A DNA stretch of 59,167 nt, the filler included. It is 8 parts of 8 records of this genome, joined end to end, with 100 filler letters (N's around TTAATTAATTAA, not from the genome) between each part and the next. Parts side by side here need not be neighbours in the genome. Positions count along the whole stretch, not along the records: positions 46,411 to 51,704 come from SRR31156797_17833; positions 51,805 to 59,167 come from SRR31156797_17841; 6 more parts are not named here. One strand, written 5' to 3'. Below, piece by piece: positions 50,305 to 59,167 of the stretch (the stretch's first letter is position 1; the number at the start of each line of letters is the position of its first letter). The notes under the pieces were generated by a model. It saw only the letters and a list, made by a program, of their open reading frames with translations. It had not been told where the DNA came from and did no database searches. Both the position numbers and the translations under genes were made by a program.

Positions 50305-50406
50305 TTTTAATTTAAAGATAAAAATTATAAGTAAGCATTCTATCCGTTAGTAGACCGATGACATCCTTTTTTTTAGCCTTCCGGTTTTCTTTCCCAAAGG
50401 AAATGA

Positions 50407-50414
50407 TATTTTTG
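50407..50414 (+). promoter_or_regulatory. Bacteroidota -7 promoter element
   Basis: TATTTTTG fits TAnnTTTG, 28 nt before the MltD-like start. Confidence 0.4.
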
Positions 50415-50442
50415 CAGCATTAATTTTATATCGAAAATTGAA

Positions 50443-51704
50443 TTGAAACTGCAAAAATTATATATCGGTTTTATTGTCGTTGTTTTTGTTTCTGTTTTTA
50501 CTGCCAAGGTAAACGGACAAACCGATTCAATTCCTGAAAGTTATTTTTTCGAATTTCAACAAAATATAAATGAATTGGCCGGAATAAATAATTATTTCGA
50601 TTCGGAATTTTATCCAGGTAAATATAAATTTTCAACACCAACTAATTTTACTGAAGAATATGAAGCAATGAATTTTTTGTTGTTTCCTGAGGTATTTGAA
50701 AAGGCGTCTGAATATTTTCAGTTTTTCAATTCACTTTCCGAAACTGACAAAGAAAACCTGGTGCGTCTGTTTTCATTTTATGAAAAGGATTTTGATACGA
50801 TTCTGAAAAAAGAAAAACTTCCGGCAGAATTGAAATATCTTGCTCCGGCACTTTCAGCTATAAATACCAAAGAAGTAAGTTCGGATAGGAAAACCGGAGT
50901 TTGGCAGCTTACTCATTTTCAGTCGGTGCTAAATGGAGGAGAAGTAAATCGGTTAATCGACGAACGGATGAATGTTATTCTTTCCACGCAAGTAGCAGTT
51001 AATCAGATAAAACAGAATATTGCAATATTTGGAAACCCGGAACTGGCAGTAATTGCTTTTATTTGTGGAAATACTAAAGTAAAAAATGCAGTTTTTGAAG
51101 CTGGAGAAAAAGCGTCTTACACGGAAGTTCTAAAAATTCTTCCGCAAGAAGTTTTCGATAAAATTGCCGCTTTTCAGGCGATGGCGGTTTTTTTGCATTT
51201 CAACAAATTTGAACCTTCAAATGAACCTTTTTCTCCTGAAGTTATAAATGATACGGTTTGGGTGCGTTCGCAATTGCATTTTCAGCAAATAGAAAATGTA
51301 ATTCAGGTACCTGTTTATCAATTGGCTTTTTTAAATCCGCAATATAAATTTTCAATTATTCCCGGAAATGAAAAACCGCAAAAGCTTGTATTGCCATTGG
51401 GTAAAAAGGATGATTTTATTTTGTGGAACGATTCAATTAATCATTCGGGCGATTCTACTCTTTTTCAAATAATGGCGCAAAAAATTGAATATCCGCCGGC
51501 ACCCAACCGGCAATATTTGGGAGAACCGGTAAAAGATTTGGAAATTGAAGGGAAAACAAAAATCCAGTATCGTTTAAAAACCGGCGATGTTTTGGGAATT
51601 ATTGCTGAAAAATATAATGTACGGGTGGCTGATCTGAAATACTGGAATAATATTTATAACGAACGCCGAATTCAGGCCGGACAGAAAATTGATATTTTTG
51701 TTCC
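50443..51704 (+). CDS. MltD-like lytic transglycosylase-fold/LysM protein (3' truncated)
   Basis: LPAELKYL, GVWQL, IDERM, LAFLNPQY, LysM YRLKTGDVLGIIAEKYNVRVADLKYWN. Confidence 0.8.
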
Positions 51705-51804
51705 NNNNNNNNNNNNNNNNNNNNNNNNNNNNNNNNNNNNNNNNNNNNTTAATTAATTAANNNNNNNNNNNNNNNNNNNNNNNNNNNNNNNNNNNNNNNN
51801 NNNN
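51705..51804. other. Artificial contig spacer
   Basis: N44-TTAATTAATTAA-N44. Confidence 0.98.
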
Positions 51805-52707
51805 AGAATCAGTTCTCATGTATGTTATAAGACCTGTAGCTCCATCGTCTCCAAGCTCTTTTCCTTCATAGAGAGCCTGAGCAACTCTCATGATCTTTTC
51901 AGCTGTATAATTATGCTGTCTTGACGCTTCCTGCTGAAGATTACTTGTGTTAAGTGGAGGAAGTGGTCCTTCTTTTCTCTTTTTCTTTTCAACAGAAAGA
52001 ACGCTGTATGCCTTTATTGCTTCAAGAGCAGCTTTAATTTCTTTAGCTCTCTTTTCATCTTTAATTTCAGCTTTCTTGCCACTCATTTTGTCAAGAAGTC
52101 CTTCCAACTTACCGGATTTTCCATTAAAGTTTCCTTTAATTGTCCAGTATTCTTCAGGAACGAATGCTCTTACTTCTTTTTCTCTGTTAACTACCATCTG
52201 AAGCGCTACAGACTGAACTCTTCCGGCACTAAGACCTTTTTTGATGCTTCTCCAAAGAAATGGTGAAAGTTTATATCCCACAACTCTATCAAGAATTCTT
52301 CTTGCCTGTTGTGAGTTATAGAGATTGTCATTAAGTTTAACACATTCCTGAACTGCTTTGATCACGCCGCTTTTTGTAATTTCATGAAAAAGAACTCTCT
52401 TAACGTCACGATCCTCAAAAAGAGATGCAATGTGATATGCTATTGCCTCTCCTTCCCTATCAGGGTCAGCCCCGATGTATATTTCTTCAGCAGTTTCAGC
52501 ATCTTTTTTAAGCTGTGCTATAATCTTTTCCTTTCCGGGAATTACTTCATACTTAGGCTTAAAACCGTTATCAATGTCTACGCCCAGTCTCTTTGCAGGC
52601 AGATCAATAATGTGTCCCATTGATGCGACAACTTTAAATCCACTCAGGTACCTTGAGAGTGTTTTTGCCTTAGTTGGAGATTCAACAATTAGAAGTTTCA
52701 TGGTCAT
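51805..52707 (-). CDS. topA: DNA topoisomerase I (3' truncated)
   Basis: LIVESPTKAKT, DPDREGEAIA, SAGRVQS, LITYMRTDS. Confidence 0.95.
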
Positions 52708-53594
52708 CCTCTACTTAATTTATAAACTTTACCGGTATCTTCAATAATAATATCTTTCATTATCAGCGAAAGAAGAAGTGCAGGAAGCTCGGACGAAGAA
52801 TATCCCGTGAGCTCTGCTATATCGTCAAAAACGACTCCTTCTCTTACATTTCTTATTACTTTAAAAACCTTTTCTTCGTTCTCATCAAGATCAACATCAT
52901 CTACAGTTGCAGGGATCGTTCTTTGAACAACTTTTCTACCCAGGATCTCATCAAGCTGATCAAGATCGTAAAAAAGTTCAACTCCTCTATCATTTTCATG
53001 TTTTTTCAAAAATGAATAGTTTCCTGCAAAATGCGGGTTCTCAATTTCACCAGGCAGAATTAGAACTTTTTTTCCAAATTCCCTTGCAAGCCTTGCAGTG
53101 ATCAGACTGCCACTTCTATCTGAGGCCTGAATTACAACAAGAACAGAACAGAGTTTTGCAACAAGTGCGTTTCTTATTGGAAAGTTTCTCCTCATTGGTG
53201 GTGTGCCGGGTTCAAATTGAGAAAGAAGAGCACCGTTCTTTGTTATCTCTTCTGCAAGACCGACATTTTCTTCAGGATAAATATTATCAAGACCGGTTCC
53301 AAGAACTGCAATTGTTCTTCCGCCGTGTTTTAATGCTCCTCTGTGAGATTCAGTATCGATCCCTCTTGCAAGTCCGCTGACAACTGTCTTTCCATTAGTA
53401 ACAGCTATCTGAGCGACTCTTTCAGCCATCTTTATTCCGTATAGACTTGGTTTTCTACTTCCGACAATAGCAACACCTGATGCATCTTCAATTTTAAGAT
53501 CACCACGAATATAGATAGGCAAACCTGTTTTTGGATCACATTTAAAAAGGTTGTCCGGGTGCATTATGTTGTCAGTTTCAAGTCTTATCATCAA
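52704..53594 (-). CDS. dprA: DNA-protecting protein DprA
   Basis: VAIVGSR, VVSGLARGIDT, IYPEEN, FPIRN, SGSLITA; C-terminal winged helix. Confidence 0.92.
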   Translation of the reverse strand: MMIRLETDNIMHPDNLFKCDPKTGLPIYIRGDLKIEDASGVAIVGSRKPSLYGIKMAERVAQIAVTNGKTVVSGLARGIDTESHRGALKHGGRTIAVLGTGLDNIYPEENVGLAEEITKNGALLSQFEPGTPPMRRNFPIRNALVAKLCSVLVVIQASDRSGSLITARLAREFGKKVLILPGEIENPHFAGNYSFLKKHENDRGVELFYDLDQLDEILGRKVVQRTIPATVDDVDLDENEEKVFKVIRNVREGVVFDDIAELTGYSSSELPALLLSLIMKDIIIEDTGKVYKLSRG

Positions 53595-54475
53595 AGTTTC
53601 TCCAAGAAATCTTTCATTTCCATGATCTGATCATCAGGAGTTGAAGCTCCGGCTGTAATACCGACTGTAGATAGACTCTTCAGTTCTTTAATTTCATCTT
53701 TTGAGAAATCTTGCGGACTTTCAACCCAGAAAGCATTTCTCCTGTCAGCTTTTAAAACCTGAAATAGTTTTGATGTATTTGAAGAGTTCCTTCCACCGAC
53801 AACGACCATTGCATCGACTCTTGAAGCAAGTTCTCTAGCGGAATCCTGCCTTTTTAGAGTAGCGGAACATATCGTTTGAGAAACATCGACCTTTTTGCGT
53901 TCCGGAAAAACTTTTTTAATTTCTTTAACTAGTTTTTTGTAATTTGCAGATCTTGACGTTGTCTGAGCAACAACAAAGACCCTGCCGTTCTTTTTCAGAA
54001 AGGTTCTCAGAGCATCAAGAGAGTCTTCATTCAGTTCAGGTGCAACAACCATAAAAGGACCGTTTATCCTTGAAGTTATTCCTTTCACCTCTGAATGGTC
54101 CGCATCCCCCATAACAATAACTGCAATCCCCATTGATGATTTTTTCTGAACAAGCTGATGAATTCTTTTCACATACGGGCATGTTGTATCAACGACCTTA
54201 AGCGCTTCGTTTTTACTAAGTGTATCTTCTGTCTCTTTTATCACACCGTGGCTTCTGACAACTATAACTCCACTTGCAGGAACGCTGTGTGCATCGACAA
54301 CACTTACGCCCTTTTTTGAATAGTTATCTACTACTCTGGGATTGTGAATAAGAGGACCGAGCATTACAACTTTTTCATTATCCTGATGAGCCTGTTCAAC
54401 AGATTCCTCTAAAAGGTCCAGAGCTCTTCTAACTCCAAAACAAACACCGGCAGATTCAGCAACAAGAACTTTCAT
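53591..54475 (-). CDS. ispH: 4-hydroxy-3-methylbut-2-enyl diphosphate reductase
   Basis: AGVCFGVRRA, IHN, RSHG, DTTCPYV, QTT, TICSAT, SSNT, TAGASTP. Confidence 0.95.
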   Translation of the reverse strand: MKVLVAESAGVCFGVRRALDLLEESVEQAHQDNEKVVMLGPLIHNPRVVDNYSKKGVSVVDAHSVPASGVIVVRSHGVIKETEDTLSKNEALKVVDTTCPYVKRIHQLVQKKSSMGIAVIVMGDADHSEVKGITSRINGPFMVVAPELNEDSLDALRTFLKKNGRVFVVAQTTSRSANYKKLVKEIKKVFPERKKVDVSQTICSATLKRQDSARELASRVDAMVVVGGRNSSNTSKLFQVLKADRRNAFWVESPQDFSKDEIKELKSLSTVGITAGASTPDDQIMEMKDFLEKL

Positions 54476-54479
54476 TCAA

Positions 54480-55154
54480 CTAGGCTCCAACAATGCTTTT
54501 TGCTTTTTCAACAATAAATTCAGCAGTTTGAACAAGATTCATATCCGTATTATCAAGAAGAACAGCATCATCAGCCTGTTTAAGTGGAGCTATTTTTCTT
54601 TCTGAGTCCTGCTTATCTCTTTTCATGATCTCTTCAATGAGTTCTTCAAGAGTTATTTTCACACCTTTCTTTTCAAGATCACCAAGTCTTCTCTTTGCGC
54701 GGTTCTTTGGTGAAGCAGTGAGAAAGATCTTAAGCTCGGCATCAGGCATTATCACCGTTCCGATATCTCTGCCTTCCATAACAACTCCGCCCTGTCTTCC
54801 AAACTGTTTCTGAAGCTCAAAAAGAGCCGATCTGACAAATGGGAGTGCCGAAGAAGTGCTTGCAAGCATGCTGACATTCTCAGTTCTGATAAAAGAAGTG
54901 ATGTCTTTTCCGTTGAGATAGACATGATTTAGACCGTCGATCATCTTAAAGCTCACATCAAAGTCTTCAAGGATAGCTCTTATCTTATCTTCCTCTTCTA
55001 CCTTCACACCTTTTTCAACCATAGCATAGGCGACACATCTGTATACTGCGCCTGTATCCACGTATGAATAACCAAGCATCTGAGCAACCAGCATACTTAC
55101 ACTGCTCTTTCCTGCTCCTGCCGGTCCATCAATAGCTATTCGAATCTTTTTCAT
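54480..55154 (-). CDS. cmk: Cytidylate kinase
   Basis: IAIDGPAGAGKS, DTGAVYR, EGRDIGTV, RDKQDSER. RBS GGAGG before ATG 55154. Confidence 0.95.
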   Translation of the reverse strand: MKKIRIAIDGPAGAGKSSVSMLVAQMLGYSYVDTGAVYRCVAYAMVEKGVKVEEEDKIRAILEDFDVSFKMIDGLNHVYLNGKDITSFIRTENVSMLASTSSALPFVRSALFELQKQFGRQGGVVMEGRDIGTVIMPDAELKIFLTASPKNRAKRRLGDLEKKGVKITLEELIEEIMKRDKQDSERKIAPLKQADDAVLLDNTDMNLVQTAEFIVEKAKSIVGA

Positions 55155-55343
55155 GGTGATAACCTCCAAAAAAAACTTTCGGGATTATAGCAACCGACTA
55201 AAGAAAATCAAGCGCTCTAATATAGTATTTTTAATTACTCTAAAGAGTAAAAAAATTTTGTTGATTAAGTCAGGAAGTTAATGTAAGAAATGTGAGGTGT
55301 TTTGTATTTCGCTAATTTAAAAAAATAAGTAATGGAGTCGTTG

Positions 55344-56444
55344 ATGGAAAGAGCACACAATTTTTTTGCAGGTCCTGCGGCACTTCCCACAGAAGTTTTA
55401 AAGAAGGCTCAGGAAGAACTTCTTGATTTCAAAGGAACCGGTTGTTCAGTTATGGAGATCAGCCACAGATCAAAACAGTTTCAGGCTGTAATTGATGAAG
55501 CTGAAGCAGATCTTAAAAAGATCCTCGGTCTTGGTGATGATTATTCAGTTCTTTTTCTTCAGGGTGGAGCCACTCACCAGTTCATCATGCTTGCTATGAA
55601 CTCTCTTCATGAAGGTGACGAAGCTGATTATATCGTTTCCGGTAAATGGGCTTCAAGAGCTTTTGAAGAAGGCGGACTTCAGGGAAAAGCTAACCTTGTT
55701 GCAACTTCTGAGGACCTTGAGCAGAAATTTTCTGTTCTTCCGGAAGTTAAAAAAGAAAATATGAATCCAAACGCAAAGTATCTCCACTTCACTTCAAATA
55801 ACACAATTTTTGGAACCGAGTGGTTTGATTATCCGGAGCCTCCTAAAGGTGTTGGTCTTGTTTGTGACATGTCAAGTGACTTTCTTGCACACAAATTCGA
55901 TGCATCTAAGTTTGACATGATCTATGCCGGTGCTCAGAAGAACGTTGGACCATCTGGCGTTACAGTTGTAGTTGTTAAAAAAGAATGGGCGGAAAAAGTT
56001 TTCACAAAGAAACTTCCTAAAACTCTTGATTATAAATTCCAGATCAAAAAAGGCAGCATGTTCAATACTCCTGCATGTTTTAACATCTACATCACTGGAC
56101 TCGTTTTCAAATGGGTTCTTGAGCAGGGTGGACTTGAAGGAATGGAAAAGAGAAACAGAGAAAAAGCTGATGCAATATATGGCATGATCGATGCACATCC
56201 TGAGTTCTTCACCGGATATGTTAAGAATAAGGCTCACAGATCATGGATGAATGTATGTTTCAACCTTCCGAATGCTGAACTTGAAGCAAAGTTTATCGCA
56301 GAAGCCGGCGAAAAGAAAATGCTCGGACTTAAAGGTTACAGAGACCTTGGTGGAATCAGAGCCAGCATGTATAATTCAACAAGTCCTGAAAGTGTTAAAG
56401 CACTCGTTGATTTCATGGATGAATTCAGAAAGAATAATAGCTAA
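55344..56444 (+). CDS. serC: Phosphoserine aminotransferase
   Basis: NFFAGPAALP, MEISHRS, LQGGA, DMSS, AGAQKNVG, NTP, RASMYN. Confidence 0.95.
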   Translation: MERAHNFFAGPAALPTEVLKKAQEELLDFKGTGCSVMEISHRSKQFQAVIDEAEADLKKILGLGDDYSVLFLQGGATHQFIMLAMNSLHEGDEADYIVSGKWASRAFEEGGLQGKANLVATSEDLEQKFSVLPEVKKENMNPNAKYLHFTSNNTIFGTEWFDYPEPPKGVGLVCDMSSDFLAHKFDASKFDMIYAGAQKNVGPSGVTVVVVKKEWAEKVFTKKLPKTLDYKFQIKKGSMFNTPACFNIYITGLVFKWVLEQGGLEGMEKRNREKADAIYGMIDAHPEFFTGYVKNKAHRSWMNVCFNLPNAELEAKFIAEAGEKKMLGLKGYRDLGGIRASMYNSTSPESVKALVDFMDEFRKNNS

Positions 56445-57703
56445 GAAACAAACTTAAACCCTCTCCCCTCAACTGCCTTCTTTACAAGTTCAAGATCAAC
56501 ATCATGTCCTTTGATCTCAACTTCTCCAGTTGCCAGATCAACTTTTACTTCTTCAACACCTTGAACCTCAGAGATAGCTTCAGTAGCACTTTTCTTACAG
56601 TGATTACATGTCATTCCTTCGACTTTAACAACAATATTTCCACTGTGTTCGCAGTTACATTCTCCAGTTGTGCAGTGCTTGCCTTCTCCTTTAAATCTCG
56701 CTTTGAAATATCTGTAGAAACTAGATATGAGAAAAATGCCTAGGATCGCGCCACTTGCATAAAAAACAAAGGATAGTCCTGCTGAATGATGATGAACTGC
56801 GTCCATGCTCATGACGGCAAACCACTCCGGTGGCAAAAAGAGATCAATAATTGCTCCAAAAAAGAGCGCGCCACCAATTATGGAGACTAAATATCCTGTC
56901 AGAGCTTTCCAGCCAAGCGATCTTCCGATCACTGTGATAGTAGCTGCATTTGTTGCAGGTCCTGCCATAAGAAAAACCAGTGCTGCTCCTGGGTTTAATC
57001 CTTTCATCATCAAAGCTGCCGCGATCGGCACAGAACTTGTTGCGCAGATATAAAGCGGAACTGAGGCGATAAGCACAACGATCATGCTTAAAAAGTTGTT
57101 TCCAAGATAGGTCGTGAAAAAATCCTCAGGAATCATTGTTGTGATAAGTGCGGCAACAACAAGTCCGATAAAAAGCCAGATAGAGATATCATCAAGAAAA
57201 TCTATAAAGGCATATTTAAAGGCATATTTAGTTTTTTCAAAAAATGTTCTGTTATCTTTTTTTAACTCCTTTTTTTCCTCTTTTTTCTCACTCTCTTCTT
57301 TTTTTGTCATGAAGTTGGTAAAAACTCCACCGAAAACTCCAGTTACTAGAGCAATTATCGGCCTCAGGATCGCAAAAGGAAGCCCGATTAGTGACCAAGT
57401 CACAAGAATTGAGTCAACGCCTGTTTGCGGAGTTGAAATGAGAAATGAAACTGATGCTCCTTTTGAGGCTCCGCTTTTATGAAATGAAACTCCTGTGGGA
57501 ATTACACCGCATGAACAAAGAGGAAGTGGAACACCAAGCAGGGATGCGTTAAAAACACTTTTTATATCACGCCCGCCAATATATTTTTTAAGCTTTGTTC
57601 CCTTAAAAAGTTCATTGAGAATTCCTGCGATGACAAAGCCTAAAAGTAGATAAGGTGACATCTCAAGATAAATATCAGCAAAGTTATTTAGAAATTCTTG
57701 CAT
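56441..57703 (-). CDS. ArsP/DUF318 (SO_0444-type) metal permease with C-terminal HMA domain
   Basis: GVPLPLCSCGVIP, STPQTGVDS, PLYICAT, AGPATN; C-terminal GMTCNHC. Confidence 0.88.
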   Translation of the reverse strand: MQEFLNNFADIYLEMSPYLLLGFVIAGILNELFKGTKLKKYIGGRDIKSVFNASLLGVPLPLCSCGVIPTGVSFHKSGASKGASVSFLISTPQTGVDSILVTWSLIGLPFAILRPIIALVTGVFGGVFTNFMTKKEESEKKEEKKELKKDNRTFFEKTKYAFKYAFIDFLDDISIWLFIGLVVAALITTMIPEDFFTTYLGNNFLSMIVVLIASVPLYICATSSVPIAAALMMKGLNPGAALVFLMAGPATNAATITVIGRSLGWKALTGYLVSIIGGALFFGAIIDLFLPPEWFAVMSMDAVHHHSAGLSFVFYASGAILGIFLISSFYRYFKARFKGEGKHCTTGECNCEHSGNIVVKVEGMTCNHCKKSATEAISEVQGVEEVKVDLATGEVEIKGHDVDLELVKKAVEGRGFKFVS

Positions 57704-58508
57704 ATCCGTGTCTCCATAAAATGAGAACGAGAAAAACAACTCCGGAAACCAGCGTTATTGTCGCACCGGTCGGAAGATTGTAAAGATAGGAAAAAGTCAG
57801 TCCTAAAAAGCTGAAAAGGAAGTTTATCAGTCCTGAGACTATCATTATCATGTGTATTTTTTTAGTAAAAAGTGCCGCCGTAGCAGCTGGAAGACTTAAA
57901 AAAGCTATGACCAGAACAAGCCCTACTACCTTCATGAGGATCACAACGGTCAGAGCGATCATTGAAAGCATGAGAATATAGATCACTGTACTTTTTATTC
58001 CTCTAAGCCTTGCAAATTCCTCATCAAAACTGACAAAGGTAAATTGACGATAAAAGATAACCGCCATAAAAAACGTAATTAGTGCAAGTGCAAAAAGAAT
58101 TATGAGATCACTTGTTGAGACCAGAAGAATATTTCCAAAAAGAAAGCTTGAAATATTAACAGCATATCCTGGTGTCAGATACATAAAAATGATTCCTGAC
58201 GACATTCCACCTGCCCAAAGCGCTCCGATCACAGTGTCTTCGTGCTGAGATACTTTCAGTTTGATAAGACCAAGAATAATTGCAAACAGAATTGATGAAA
58301 TTATGGCCCCGGCAAAGGGTGAAAAACCAAAATAAACTGCGGCCCCTACTCCGCCAAGAACTGCATGAGCAATTCCACCGGCAACAAAAGTTATTCTGTT
58401 AATATTTACGAACGTCCCCGATATTCCACAGGAAACTGATGCTAAAACAGCAGCAAGCATTGCATTTTGTAAAAAACCGTATGTAAAAAACGCGCTGATC
58501 ACATCCAT
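57684..58508 (-). CDS. znuB: Zn/Mn ABC transporter permease (ZnuB-like)
   Basis: GGIAHAVLGG, FLFGNIL, FDEEFARLRG, VGLVLVIAFL. Confidence 0.85.
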   Translation of the reverse strand: MDVISAFFTYGFLQNAMLAAVLASVSCGISGTFVNINRITFVAGGIAHAVLGGVGAAVYFGFSPFAGAIISSILFAIILGLIKLKVSQHEDTVIGALWAGGMSSGIIFMYLTPGYAVNISSFLFGNILLVSTSDLIILFALALITFFMAVIFYRQFTFVSFDEEFARLRGIKSTVIYILMLSMIALTVVILMKVVGLVLVIAFLSLPAATAALFTKKIHMIMIVSGLINFLFSFLGLTFSYLYNLPTGATITLVSGVVFLVLILWRHGYARISK

Positions 58509-58510
58509 CT

Positions 58511-59167
58511 TTAAATTCCACATGTGTGGTTGATCATCAAACTTTTCCTGTTATAAAGAGAGTCGATACTCTCTGATGTTATTTCAGTCGTCTCGTGACA
58601 GACCATGGTCTTATTTACACAACCTACCTTATTGACAAAATGAGATACAAACCCAAGGTCGTGTGACACCATAATGATTGTCATTTTCTCATTTAGTTCT
58701 CTAAGCATTTCATAGATGTCCCGTTCAACTGAACTGTCTACACTTGCAACAGGCTCATCAAGAAGAAGTATCTCCGGTTGACTGACAATTGCTCTGGCAA
58801 CGAGTGTTCTCTGTTTGAGTCCTCCGGAAAGTTCGCCGAATCTCATGTTTTTTCTTTCTGTAAGACCTACTTTCTTAAGCGCCTTTGCAACGACTTCTTT
58901 ATCTTTTGCTGTAGGATAGGGAAAAAATGTATTTGAATTCATTAGACCTTGAAAAACAACATCCTCAACACTTATTGGAAAGTTTTGATCATGGTGAGAG
59001 AACTGCGGCACATAACCAACCTTATCTCTTCCCGGACCTGTAACTTTTCTGCCTGATATCAGAACCTCACCAACATCGGGATTGATCAAGCCAAGTATTA
59101 GTTTTAGAATTGTTGTCTTTCCACCACCATTTGGACCTACAATTGCAAAAAAATCTTTATCTTCGAC
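58511..59167 (-). CDS. znuC: Zn/Mn ABC transporter ATPase (ZnuC-like), 5' truncated
   Basis: GPNGGGKTT near the window end, GYVPQ, LSGG, LLDEP, SHD. Confidence 0.85.
   Translation of the reverse strand, partial: VEDKDFFAIVGPNGGGKTTILKLILGLINPDVGEVLISGRKVTGPGRDKVGYVPQFSHHDQNFPISVEDVVFQGLMNSNTFFPYPTAKDKEVVAKALKKVGLTERKNMRFGELSGGLKQRTLVARAIVSQPEILLLDEPVASVDSSVERDIYEMLRELNEKMTIIMVSHDLGFVSHFVNKVGCVNKTMVCHETTEITSESIDSLYNRKSLMINHTCGI

Noticed and set aside
6472-51804. Seven identical TTAATTAATTAA motifs flanked by N runs
   Set aside because: These are artificial concatenation linkers, not biological repeats. ORFs in the track that run into X residues are simply truncated.
27389-54475. ispDF and ispH (MEP pathway), two S9 peptidases, two Y1 transposases and several multiheme cytochromes in one window
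   Set aside because: They lie on different contigs from different organisms, so co-occurrence is meaningless. In particular, the NapC/NirT gene cannot be assigned as quinol donor for the Bacteroidota cytochrome island.

Overview
This window is not one locus. It is eight unrelated contigs joined by seven artificial 100-nt spacers (N44-TTAATTAATTAA-N44), so gene context is only meaningful within a contig. Taxonomic labels are inferred from gene content and composition. (1) 1-6471, Bacteroidota-like: PPi-dependent Pfk, beta-propeller protein, ATP-cone/restriction-endonuclease fusion, prolyl oligopeptidase. (2) 6572-17194, Bacteroidota-like: cupin and DEAD-box helicase, then a cytochrome c island with two FNR-type boxes (fused CcsBA, Crp/Fnr regulator, hexaheme lipoprotein, tetraheme cytochrome, NrfJ-like lipoprotein, CX4CH lipoprotein, DUF5777-like beta-barrel). 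(3) 17295-25210, Desulfobacterota-like: periplasmic sensor fragment, sulfite-reductase-like Fe-S protein with an HcpR/FNR-type box, secreted 11-residue-repeat protein beside an ECF sigma/anti-sigma cluster, split transketolase plus DegT aminotransferase. (4) 25311-30883, Campylobacterota-like: rpmE start, GGDEF, RluA, ispDF, HP1021-like regulator, pgpA, tandem Rhs tips. (5) 30984-36789, Bacteroidota-like: RND permease, ManC, MlaE/MlaF, DUF89, PorX 3' end. (6) 36890-46310, Desulfobacterota-like: NapC/NirT, a Y1/HUH transposase bounded by 13-bp terminal inverted repeats, a TetR / atypical glycyl radical enzyme / activase / acyl-CoA ligase cluster, sulfatase. (7) 46411-51704, Bacteroidota-like: DPP-IV, a RAYT carrying a REP-like palindrome in frame, MltD-like LysM protein. 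(8) 51805-59167: topA-dprA-ispH-cmk, serC and metal transport genes. The best novelty candidates are the GCVY-type glycyl radical enzyme cluster, the Bacteroidota multiheme/beta-barrel island and the TIR-bounded HUH transposase. No rRNA, tRNA or CRISPR array was recognised.
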